Source: Podarcis pityusensis (lineage: Eukaryota). From it: 64,000 nt of DNA. The stretch lies in assembly GCA_964106645.2 (NCBI GenBank), contig OZ067039.1. One strand, 5' to 3'. Positions within the stretch are counted from its first letter, which is position 1; each line of letters begins with the position of its first letter. Of the stretch, positions 49,944 through 61,706 are shown piece after piece. The position numbers and the translations under genes were made by a program. The notes under the pieces are model-generated. The model was not told where the DNA came from, did no database searches, and worked only from the letters and a program-made list of their open reading frames with translations.

Positions 49944-50295
49944 AAAGGTAAAGGTACCCCTGACCATTAGGTCCAGTCGCAGACAACTCTGGGGTTGCGG
50001 CGCTTATCTCGCATTATTGGCTGAGGGAGCCGGCGTACAGCTTCCAGGTCATGTGGCCAGCATGACTAAACCGCTTCTGGCGAACCAGAGCAGCGCACGG
50101 AAACGCCGTTTTCCTTCCCGCCAGAGCAGTACCTATTTATCTACTTGCACTTTGATGTGCTTTCAAACTGCTAGGTTGGCAGGAGCAGGGATCGAGCAAC
50201 AGGAGCTCACCCCGTCACGGGGATTCGAACCACTGACCTTCTGATCGGCAAGCCCTAGGCTCAGTGGTTTAACCCACAGTGCCACCCGCGTCCCC
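49944..50295 (-). mobile_element. Sauria SINE, full length
   Basis: Complete reverse-complement copy, from GGGACGCGGGTGGC to TTTACCTTT. Confidence 0.92.
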
Positions 50296-50304
50296 TTAAG
50301 GTCT

Positions 50305-51810
50305 AGAATCATAGAATCATAGAGTTGGAAGAGACCACAAGGGCCATCGAGTCCAACCCCCTGCCAAGCAGGAAACACCATCAGAGCACTCCGGACATAT
50401 GGTTGTCAAGCTTCTGCTTAAAGACCTCCAAAGAAGGAGACTCCACCACACTCACTCCTTGGCAGCAAATTCCACTGTCGAACAGCTCTTACTGTCAGGA
50501 AGTTCTTCTAATGTTTAGGGGGAATCTTCTTTCTTGTAGTTTGGATCCATTGCTCTGTGTCCGCTTCTCTGGAGCAGCAGAAAACAACCTTTCTCCCTCC
50601 TCTATGTGACATCCTTTTATATATTTGAACATGGCTATCATATCACCCCTTAACCTCCTCTTCTCCAGGCTAAACATGCACAGCTCCCTTTGCCGTTCCT
50701 CATAAGGCATCGTTTCCAGGCCTTTGACCATTTTGGTTGCCCTCCTCTGGACATGTTCCAGTTTGTCAGTGTCCTTCTTGAACTGTGGTGCCCAGAACTG
50801 GACACAGTACTCCAGGTGAGGTCTGACCAGAGCAGAATACAGTGGCACTATATCTTCCCTTGATCTAGATGCTATACTCCTATTGATGCAGCCCAGAATT
50901 GCATTGGCTTTTTTAGCTGCCGCGTCACACTGTTGGCTCATGTCAAGTTTGTGGTCAACCAAGACTCCTAGATCCTTTTCACATGTACTGCTCTCAAGCC
51001 AGGTGTCACCCATCTTGTATTTGTGCCTCTCATTTTTTTTTGCCCAAGTGCAATACTTTACATTTCTCCCTGTTAAAATTCATCTTGTTTGTTTTGGCCC
51101 AGTTCTCTAATCTGTCAAGGTCGTTTTGAAGTGTGATCCTGTCCTCTGGGGTGTTAGCCACCCCTCCCAGTTTGGTGTCATCTGCAAATTTGATCAGGAT
51201 GCCCTTGAGTCCATCATCCAAGTCGTTGATAAAGATGTTGAATAAGACCGGGCCCAAGACAGAACCCTGTGGCACCCCACTAGTCACTCTTCTCCAGGAT
51301 GAAGAGGAACCATTGATGAGCACCCTTTGGGTTTGATCAGTCAGCCAGTTACAAATCCACTGAGTGGTAGCATAGTCAAGACCGCATTTTACCAGCTTCT
51401 TTACAAGAATATCATGGGGCACCTTGTCAAATGCCTTGCTGAAATCAAGGTAGGCTACATCCACTGCGTTCCCTTCATCTACCAGGCTTGTAATTCTGTC
51501 AAAAAACGAGATCAGGTTAGTCTGACATGACTTATTTTTCAGAAATCCATGCTGACTATTGGTGATCACAGCATTCCTTTCTAGGATCTGCTCCAGAATC
51601 TTCCCTGGTATTGATGTCAGACTGACTGGGCGGTAATTATTTGGGTCCTCTCTTTCCCCCTTTTTGAAAATAGGGGCAACATTTGCCCTCCTTCAGTCTG
51701 CCGGGACTTCTCCTGTTCTCGAGGAATTCTCAAAGATGACTGCCAGTGGTTCTGAGATCACATCTGCCAGTTCTTTTAATACTCTTGGATGCAGTTCATC
51801 TGGCCCTGGA
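50305..51810 (-). mobile_element. CR1 LINE, 5'-truncated (RT C-terminal half plus 3' UTR)
   Basis: [31 protein letters not shown] motifs, frameshift at an A-run near 51035, (ATTCTATG)n tail. Confidence 0.95.
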
Positions 51811-54800
51811 GGTCTATTTAGGTCTTGTTTAAATATGCTAAATGTATCAATCAAGCATCTTAACAGATTTGTCAGATAAAATACTGATCATAGATGCCCA
51901 ACTCTCTTTATCTGTGCACATGCCTACATAATACCAAACAAAATGTCCCTGCTTTATCATGAAACTGGCATAAATTCAGAAAGATTATTGCACTTCTCTG
52001 TGTTTGTGCACAAATAAGTAGTTGTCTGGTATTAAGTCAGTTCCACCTAGCTCAGTGTTGCCTGACTGACAGCGGACCTTCAGGGTTTCAGGTAGAGTTC
52101 CCTCCAAGCCCTACCTGGAGATGGGAGGGATTGATTCTGGGACCATCTTCATTCAAAGCAGGCGCTCCACCACTGAGCTATGGCTCTTTCAATGATCATG
52201 CCATTTAAGATGCTCAGGAGAGTGATAAGCTATGCAGAGCAGCTTGTGCACGTAGAATATATTATACGGAAGTAGCCAGATTTTCCTCTTGCACAAGCTG
52301 TTTATACAGTGAAAATAGCTGCCATGCCTGTGGAGCAGCTTCTCTTGATCATATACTTCTTGGTTCCCTATGGCTCAGTAGTATGCTACAACTTCAGGTG
52401 ACGCGTCCTAGTGGGACTGTATTAAATTTAGTGGCAACTTCCTCCGAGTGCAATAATGTCACAGCTGCTAACGCTCTCATTCTTTGGAATCCTTTCAAAC
52501 ATTACCGCAAACTTATTTTACATAAGGGGTACCTTTCCAGCAGGAAAATCAAACAAACTAACTGGAACTAGGGAAGTGCATGTTTACATGTCCACACAGC
52601 CGTTGTGCTGTTTGTGTTAGGGTAGGCATGCCCTTGTCAGGAAAGGGCTGCCCAGGGACCTTAGGACCTGGAGTTTGTGACTCCATTTTCATATGAGGAG
52701 TTTAAGGAAGAGGATGGGAATACAGGGAAGAAAATAAGGACAGCTTTGTTTGTGCCTATAAACAGAGGGGCAAAATCAGTGTTTCTCATTTGCAGAGAAG
52801 GAAAAATAAATGATTGGGGGCTATGGAATTTATAAAATTGTGCATTGTATGAAAAAGTGGATAGAGGTATTTCTTTCTCCTGAATTCATAAAACCAGAAG
52901 ATAGGATGACAAATAGCTACTGGCCATCACCGGCAGGGGACAAGTGCAACAAAATGTTGCAGTGTATCCTCATCCTGTTGCAGGCATGTTTTGAATCTTG
53001 AAGCAATGTTTGGTGTGTGGTCTCAAGATGGGAGGCCAAAAAGTGGCCTGTTTTCCATCCTTTCAAAGGCTTTTCTCATTGGGCCAAAGTGGGGGGGGGG
53101 GCAGTGATGACAAGGAAACTCTCACTTCAGAGGCTATATGCCTCAAATTTAATAATTACTGGGGGAAAGGCAAGAGGAGTGAAGGGTTGATGTGTTACCG
53201 TTCTTCTTCTAGGATTTGTTGAAGCATCTGACTTGCAACTATGGGAAAGAGTGCTGGGCTAGTTGGACCTTTGGTCTCATACAACAGCACTCTTCTTTTT
53301 GAGCATATTTCATTCATGTGGGACATGGTGTGCCAAAGATAATCTGAAAAGCAGTCTGTTGGCAGACTGTTATCCAGCTGTCATTGTATGCTTGTAACTT
53401 TTGACTAAAACCTGCTGGAAACACAGAACCAGCCTCTGCTGCTCATTAGCCCTACTAATGCAAGCCAGATGGACATGAATCTAGCTGCATTACCCAAACA
53501 CTTGAAAACATTAAGAGGCTTTCTGAAAATAAATGACAGAAGTATTATTCCCCATTTTATAACTGGAAACAGAAACAAGAGTGACTTGACTGAGGACCAC
53601 CGTTGCCCAACTTGTACAATAAACCATGGCCCACCACATGCTATGTGTAGTTGACTTTAGCAGCTACTAATGTATTGACAAATGAATCCATGTTAACATT
53701 AAAAAGCAGCAATGTGGGCCTTGCCCATCATAAGCATGTATGTTGATCTGATAGATGGCAGAAACCTGAAGTAAATTTCCAGGATGCAGAGTTGCTGTGG
53801 GTTACTGCAGGACCCTGGATAGCTCCTAGCCAACAGACCACAACACAAAGTTCATCCAAGGTGTGAGATGCTACCTGCAAATGAGTTACTTATTAAAAGA
53901 TCTTTTCTCAAAGGAGTTCAAGGGTTCATTCATGGTCCCTCTTCTTACAGATTAGGTCAAGGGACTGTGGTTGGCTCAAGGTGAACCTTGGTGTCTCACA
54001 TTTCAGTAGCACCCTGTGCTATGCCAAACCCCGGTGTGTTCCTCCCTCCCCCTGCCTTGAATTGGAGTAATAATGAAGTCTGCTCTGGCGCTCCAGAAGC
54101 TCTGTGCCCAGTGCAGCTGCACTGGTCACACTCCCCTAGCTCCCAGTGAGCTTCATGGCTGAGTGGGGATTTGAATCCTGGTATCCCAGGTCCTAAAACC
54201 ACCACAATATAGGGAAACACTGCTCGATCCAAAACATTAGTAGATTTATTATCACAATAAACAAACACCAAGGAACTGAACATTACATGCATGCCATGTT
54301 GATCAGTCCTCCACCTCCCACAAGACTCTGTGGACGCTACAAACCTGAGTTGCATTCAACGGAGTACTAAGGATAGTGTTCTGCCAATGGCATGATCTCT
54401 CTTTTCCTCCCTCCACATGCTGTTCCAGGGTTTTCCCCAACTCTCTGGAGAAGATATGGGGAAGTTGTGATGAAAAGGGGGCTGAGTTATGAAGGACCAA
54501 TAAGAGATGGGGCATTATTTAAACTAGACAGTATGTGGTCACTGTGAATACTGCCCAGCTGAATTTGTAGAGAAATAATTGCTACAAATCTAGGATAACA
54601 GCCATAAGCTACTGGACTATGACTTTCCTGAACAAAATGCTGGACTCAACAGATTGCTGGTAGGCTTGTTTAAAATAATCAGTAATTCAGTAAAGGTTCC
54701 CATGGCAACAACTTCCACTAAGACATAGCTAAGCACCATGTCAATTAATCTTAAACAGCTTCAGACAAGCAAGGAAGACACATTATTCTTTTGTCCTTTA

Positions 54801-57226
54801 CTGTGACTGTATTTCAAGGATGCCAACAATGTGTGCTCAAGACTTTCCATTCTCCTACAACCACACTTAATACTATTTGCATGAAATGTGCACAAATGTT
54901 TTGCCAGACCAATGACAACTTTAGAAACGATTTAGGCAGCCCATTCATCTTGTATGGACTGTGAAAAGCCCATTTTGAGAACAAGAGTGTATAAAAGAAG
55001 GCAGCCTGATAGTTATTGTGGTGGGCGATCCCTGTATAACTATTCTGCAGTTTTGCTGAAACCATAGAACTTTAGCTTTCATATTTAGGAATACTTAAAT
55101 CCTTGTTTTATAGTCCTGCAGGCTGTTGAAAATGACTTGCAAAATATTCTCAGAATAATATCATACACAAACCTAGTACAGGAGCATAAATTATATAGTG
55201 TCCATTCAGAACCAGGGTTATTCAAGCATTTCCTGTCATTGTCCTTCCCTGATGTCATATCAGGTAGCAGCTCCCATCAAAACAATCTGAAGCAAGGAAG
55301 TGGGGCTGAGCATCTGGTTCTCACTCAGCCCATGATGGAAGCTGTCTTCCCTTGCTGGCGGGTTGCCACCCCATACCCTTGGGACTGGCTACTCTTGTTG
55401 GGTGAGGCATACAAGAGTGTGTTACAAAAAGAAAAAATTATCTGTGCAGTGACGCACTCCCCAATCAGAGCTAAGTCTGTTATGTCACCTCCTGCTCTTT
55501 ACCAATAGTATTCCAATTTCTAATATTTAGAGTGCTCAGAGTGTTGGATTAGGAGTGGGAGAGAGAGAACAATGCACACCATCTTCAGTTTGAGGGCAGT
55601 AGAATATAAATGTAAGGAACAAAGCATACATTTTGTTTTCCTTGTTGTATGCATCCTTCAGAAAAACAAAAAGCCAGGTCTTGGGGTTCCTCACGAACAT
55701 GTAAGTTACAGGTGCTTTTCAGTGTTAGGGTAGGTCAAGCTCTATATAAGTGAGCTAAAATTAAATGCGTATGATGCTTTTAAAGGTTTCAAAGCACTTC
55801 GCATATGTCACCAGTAATAACTTAGAACAATAATGCTGTGAGGTTGGCCATTCTCATGATCCCTTTGCAGATAGCGGACTGATGTTATGAGGCAGTGGTT
55901 TGCTTCAGTCTACCTAGCAAGTTTATGTTTGACATGAGCTTTGAACTGAGGACTTCCTGGCTTATTGTAGTTGATGCACTTAGCTGCTACAGTAAACCAG
56001 CTCTCATATTTTTCATAGAATGAAAACATGCCTTTCACATTACAAAAGGATAAAATTTCTCCTTTCATGGCTGTGGCTCTCTGCTCAACCTACAGCACGG
56101 GTCCCCAAGGACTTTTTGAGCACAGCACTTCACTCGGAAAATATGCTGAAGGTTTGAAGCTAGTCTTTTGAATCATGTCATGTCTCAGGGCCATCTTCGA
56201 TTAAATGGCTGCTGTCCAGCTCGACAAGCAAAAAGCTATTTCAGAGGAGATGTCTTCAGGTACTGCTACTATTTTAGTGTGATACGGCTCAGCATTCTGT
56301 GTTTTCCTGCTACACAGCATTCTTTGTCATGGTTCCCTCCTGCCTGGTGCAGATAGCTAATAAGATGCACATGGTTTCACTCTTTTACAATAGTCTCCCT
56401 GTTTCTTTCGTTGTTTCTAAGGTTGGGGCAGAGGGAGAAAATCGGAACAGACTGAGCCACAGGTCAACATACATATCATTATATCAAATTTGATTAAAAG
56501 ATCAGCTCTTTTGCCATTTTCCCTGGGATGGGTATGACATTAGAAAGCATTCAGTAAGACTCCACTCATCTAGATAAGTAGCAACTCATCTGTTTGACTG
56601 TTCATGCAGCAATCTTCCCCCTTCTCTCTCTCTCTCTCTCTCCTGGTACAGCATTCTTAAATTGCCTCAATAAGAAAATAGCTTGAAATAATTTTGTACC
56701 CCTAAGAAGAACAATTATAATCCTATAAAGGGGTGGGGGGGGGGAGTTCTTGCCACATAGTTAAGTCACTTATCATACAAGGAATTGTGGGAGAATTACT
56801 GTTTTCCTTTTCTGGACTTAAAGCTGCAATTCCAAGCACACTCACCTGTGAGATGTTGTTGTTTTGGAGGCAGTAGCTAGGTACTTTCTCCAGACTGCAA
56901 GGCACTTACTTACCTCCTCTATCCACCCTTTTGAAAGAAGAGGATTGCCAAGAGCAGGTGCAGCTATCCAGAGATGAAGACAAGCCAGGAGTGCATTGTC
57001 TGTGCGTTGTCAGAACAGCAATTATTATCTTCTTTTCTTCTTTGTCAGGAGGAGCAGCTAGGCACTCCCTCAGGGAATTGCTTTGTTGTTCTGCAACACC
57101 CCCACCCCTTCACTCACCCACCTGTCCACCACATTTTTCTTGACATCTGTTCTCCAAAGTTTCGCCTCCACCCCCATCTGATAACAGTCAGATCCCATTG
57201 ACCAGAGGCTGTTACGGCATTTACAT

Positions 57227-57289
57227 TTTATTAACCATTTATTTCATTAATTGTTTTACTCTCACAGTACAATCTTGTGGCGGTTTATT
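57227..57289 (-). terminator. RPTOR: Cluster of AATAAA signals, probable RPTOR 3' end (UTR about 2.2 kb)
   Basis: TTTATT on the + strand at 57227, 57238 and 57284 in an AT-rich block. Confidence 0.65.
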
Positions 57290-59466
57290 ATTAAATGTAT
57301 ATATACTTTTTTTTCTTTAAATTTTGCTTTTGGAAAATAAATAAAGAGATAAGTGAACCATATAGGTAGATTACTTTCTGGAGCCTTGGTTAAACTTCAT
57401 GATTGGATCTCCACATCAGACCTGTGAAAAAACACAGCTCCCCCCCCCCCCCAATTTGGATGGAAGCTGACAGATTAAAACAGAAAAAGACTACCACAAC
57501 CATAGTCCTGGCTGTGCAAACTGAGGGGGGAAGCACAAGGGATCTTGTTCTTGAAACAAAATATATAGGATATACATTACAAAAAATAATCGTCATCATC
57601 ATATTCTCATTTGCTTTTAATTGCGTAGGTTAAGTCAGTTATACATGGATTTCAGACTCTGGCTTGATGCTTGTTAGCAAAATCCATCAACTATCTGCCC
57701 TTCCCTGAGTTCATTGCCACTTACAGAGGGACAGGCACGGCAATGGGGCCAAGGCTGTGGCATCTCAGCACAACTGACACTGGGGATCAGCAAACTAATG
57801 TGTCAAGTCACCTCTTGGGTTTATTCCCATCATTTAATTTTGGCAGCTTTCAGTATAGGTTTCTAGCTATATGAGCAATCCTCCCTTGGCCTCTGCCTAG
57901 TATCTTACATGGTGGCTCTCAGCCTAGAAGGTGGGGAAGAAGGGGAAAAAAAACATATAGCAGGCTTCATAGTGAGAGCCAGGAGATGGATTTTGCAAGC
58001 AAGGAAAAGCTGACATCCACAATGCAAGATGAATTGGATGCTATCTCTATTCTTAATGCTATCACAAGCGACAAAATTATTGGCAAGACGACGACAGAAT
58101 TCCATGCCTCTCCACAGCTTTGTAGACAACTGATTTTGGAGCCAGTGCCAATAGCTGCACAATGCTGGCACAACATAATGCAAAGGGGCCTTCTTGTCTT
58201 TGTGTCCCTACTCAGGCAGCCATTTAATTGGGAATCTCTTCCCCTGGACACTGAAGAGACCAAAGTCTTTACTGTATGGGAGATGGGTGGCATGTGAGAT
58301 GGAACCAGCATTCTCTAGAGAGCGGGAACATCAGTAGTTCTCTTGCAGGCAGCACACCATGCATGCAATCACAGGGTGCCAGGTATACATATAGCTTCCC
58401 CTGTGTTCGGTCTAGGGGGCAAGTGCCTGAAGTGGGGGGGGGGGATGAATGGGAGGAGGGACCCTCTGCACAGGCCTGTTCTGTATGTGTGCTGCAATAT
58501 CTGCATCCATTACCAAGCTGAATAATAGCACTTCTTGCAAAAGGAGAACAGGAGGTGGGGGTAGGATTTAAGGCAGTGGTACAATGATAAGTGAACTCCT
58601 TGCTCTCTATGAGGAGGTAGCAGGCCATTTCTTGTGCTTATGGGGTTCTGCTGTGAGCAAAAGGAGTTAGAGGATGGCTGGAGCAACTTATAGATTGAAT
58701 GGACATCAGAGGGGAAGGTCTCCTGTCCTGTCACGCAGCTTCTCAAATGTGTCACTCCGATTTCCCCAACAGACACCCAGGAAGTGGGGGCAAGTTTCCT
58801 GCTTTCCCTTCCGTAGTGGCAGCCAACTCTGTAGTATTTTCAGCAGCACTGAGAGACTCTCTCTTCCTTAGGGCTTTCCTTTTGTCTTTTACCAGTGGAA
58901 CAGTAAATGCAAGAGAAGGTGGCCGGTGGCATATAGAGTAGTAAGATACACACAGAACTATCCAAGACCGGCAGCCTGCTAGCATGCGACTGCCAGGGCC
59001 AGCACTTGGCACAAAATAGGTAGCAGCCACAGACGTTCTAGGTAGAGTATGTAGAACACTAGGTGAGTCCTGAATTAATTCCTGATTCAAAGGAAAACCC
59101 ACCCCTGTTCTAGGAAGGAATCATCCTCTTAGTTTGTAGGAGCCATAACGCCAAGCAACCAGAGAAGCAGTCATGGGCAGTGGTGGTGAAACCCGGTGAG
59201 AATATATATACTCGTTTTCTGCTGCTCCTGAAGGTTCTGGCTCGGAAGAAAAGCAAGAGGTCGCTTCTCTCCTCTCCCCTCTGACTCAAAATCATCAGTA
59301 GCTAAATCAGGAGGGAAAAAAGTGTTCAAGTTACGGGGGGGTTGCACAGCAGCAGCAGCCAACACTAAACATTCAAGTCGATAGTTTCACTATGTACACC
59401 ATGAGTGAGACACGGTCCCACCTGCCAGAAGATGTCCTGCTCTTGACAGAGCAGCCACACACACTG

Positions 59467-59535
59467 TTATCTGATTCGCTTCTCCACCGAGTACACAGAA
59501 ATGTAGTAGTCATTGCTTCCAACTGCCAGGTGAGG
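59467..59535 (-). CDS. RPTOR: RPTOR last coding exon
   Basis: Pyrimidine tract plus CAG, PHLAVGSNDYYISVYSVEKRIR-TAA, matching the vertebrate Raptor C-terminus. Confidence 0.97.
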   Translation of the reverse strand, partial: PHLAVGSNDYYISVYSVEKRIR

Positions 59536-60901
59536 CTGTGGAAAGGAGAGGGGAAATAAAATCAGTGCATATATAGCAGGGTTCTGCTGGTTTTGATTGG
59601 CTTTTGAAGCTAGTCAGAATTTATACTTGCCACCAGCCCTGCTCCTCACTCAAGAGGGAAGGGGTTAGAGTCTTGATTATTATTATTTATTTAATTTCTA
59701 TACTGCCCTATACCCGAAGGTCTCAGGGCAGTTCACATAAAATTTTGTGATGTCACACCAGGTTGTCTGACTGCCACTGAAGCCTAAGTACAGAGGCAAG
59801 CCCCTTCACCCTCTTTCTCAGCTTCAAGCTGGATATAATGGGCCAAAGCTCTTACCACTTACTCTGAGCCCAGAGAGGTTCAGAAAGCAGCAAAAGATTG
59901 ACATTTAAGGCACTAATCTGTTTTATTCTGCTTCTGTTAGGCAACATTTATGTTGCTTTTATTGATTTTAATTATTGTATTTTGTATTACGAAGTTGGAT
60001 GGTTTTATTGAGTTGTGGCCATAAAAGCTCTTACCTACCTGCTTCATCCTCTACAGTGACAGTCAACTTCCAGTAGTTTTTGTTATGCTGGAAATCCTTT
60101 CTCCACTAATTTCCCCTGTTTGTTTCCAGTGGATTGAAAATCCACCAATACAGTTGAGTTCCAACTTACATGAGGGTACAGTTCCAAGGGTTGTGCAAAC
60201 ACACGAAAATTGTAAATAGGAAAAAAATGCATTTTCCTTGTCTGGCAAGGTGTGGAGAGTCCCATGGGAAGGTCTCCCCTGTGTGTGTGTCTCTGCTGCC
60301 CCCCTCCTCCAGGTGTGAATGGCCATTGCAAGGGAGGAGGAGTGGAGCAAGCAGAGAGAGATGCAGGCAGAAGAAAAAGGCTCTAATGGATCTGGAATGG
60401 AGCTGCAGCCAAGTGTGTAAAGTTGAATTTGTGAAAGTAAAATGCACATATGATGTGACTTGACTGTATACCTAGTTGCAACCTCGTATCTACTTTGCAC
60501 TGTTCATCAGGCATCTCTTCCTTTGATCACCTGGAGCAGAAGCATTTGTTTGGCCGTGGTCAGAAACAGGATCATGGACTAGATGGATCCATGGCTTGAC
60601 CAAGTGAACTTGTAACTTGACAGCTACTAGAAAATAGTAGATTCTGGGAACCTTGTCTAAGCAAATAAAAGAACCCTACTAGAACTTGCATGTAATCTGA
60701 AATAAATAAATAAATGCTCCCCACCCCCACCCCCAATGAGCTAGTTCAATGAATTTTCTCACTGAATTTGAGTTTTCTGAATTTGGAAATATTGTGTGTG
60801 TCCCCCTCTCAACAGCTTCACCACGTCATCTTCATAATAGCTATTCAGAACAAATTAAGGGTAACAATTGAGATGTTCTACAGTTTAGAAACGAGACTGA
60901 C

Positions 60902-61031
60902 CCAGTGTGGATGGAAGGCTAGGCAGCTGATGGCACCCACTCGCTGGCCCATGAATCCATCGTAGTACTTGATATTGTTGATCAGCTCACCATTCCCATT
61001 GTAGATTGCAGTGAATTGATTCATAGAGCCA
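60902..61031 (-). CDS. RPTOR: RPTOR penultimate exon
   Basis: CAG/GTCAGT, 130 nt, GSMNQFTAIYNGNGELINNIKYYDGFMGQRVGAISCLAFHPHW. Confidence 0.97.
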
Positions 61032-61589
61032 CTGCAGAGGGAAACAGAGAACACAGGATATTGGTGACATTAAACAACTGGTGGTTAAGTCCTAGAGATG
61101 AAGGTTTTCTACTCTTGTGCCATTTGTGGAGCAAGAAGCAAGTAAGCTTACAACAGCAAATGGGATTTTCTTTAAGCCATGAAATCTTCAGCACAATCTC
61201 AGCTATTAGCAGGTGCACAATGGAAAATTCACATGCTCAGTAGGAGATTTAGGGAGGCAGGATGGGAGACACAACAGCAGGCAGGGAGGCTATAACTATG
61301 AGATGGTCTTGAGTGAAAACCCCAGGCACCAAACTGCTGACACTGGACAGCAAGTCCCTACCAAATAGTGTACTTTCTGCTCTTAAGGAAGGGAAACCCA
61401 CATAATACGGTGAGCTGCAACACCCACCATAATTGAAATCCATGTGCTGCAGGTTCAATGAAGCATACAAGAATTGAAATACCTCAGCTGCAAATACGTG
61501 AAATAAGCCACACTATTTATGCCAAGGAAAATTAATGCAAGTGTTTAACAATGGAGCAGGGTGGTATGCAGGTTGCATTTAGAACTTAC

Positions 61590-61706
61590 CATGCAAACAG
61601 GTTGGCTTGTGGGTGGATGTCCAGAGCTGTCAGTCCTTTTACTATCTGCAGGACCTTCACTGATTCTGGCATCCTTGGGTCAAAGAAACGGACATCTCCA
61701 TTAACA
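61590..61706 (-). CDS. RPTOR: RPTOR (Raptor, mTORC1) third-last coding exon, WD40 region
   Basis: CAG/GTAAGT, 117 nt, VNGDVRFFDPRMPESVKVLQIVKGLTALDIHPQANLFA(C). No further upstream exon found inside the window. Confidence 0.96.

Noticed and set aside
50495-51569. CR1 RT as the possible helper for the RT-less Copia element
   Set aside because: Truncated and frameshifted, and non-LTR RT uses target-primed reverse transcription, which would not regenerate paired LTRs with integrase-type ends
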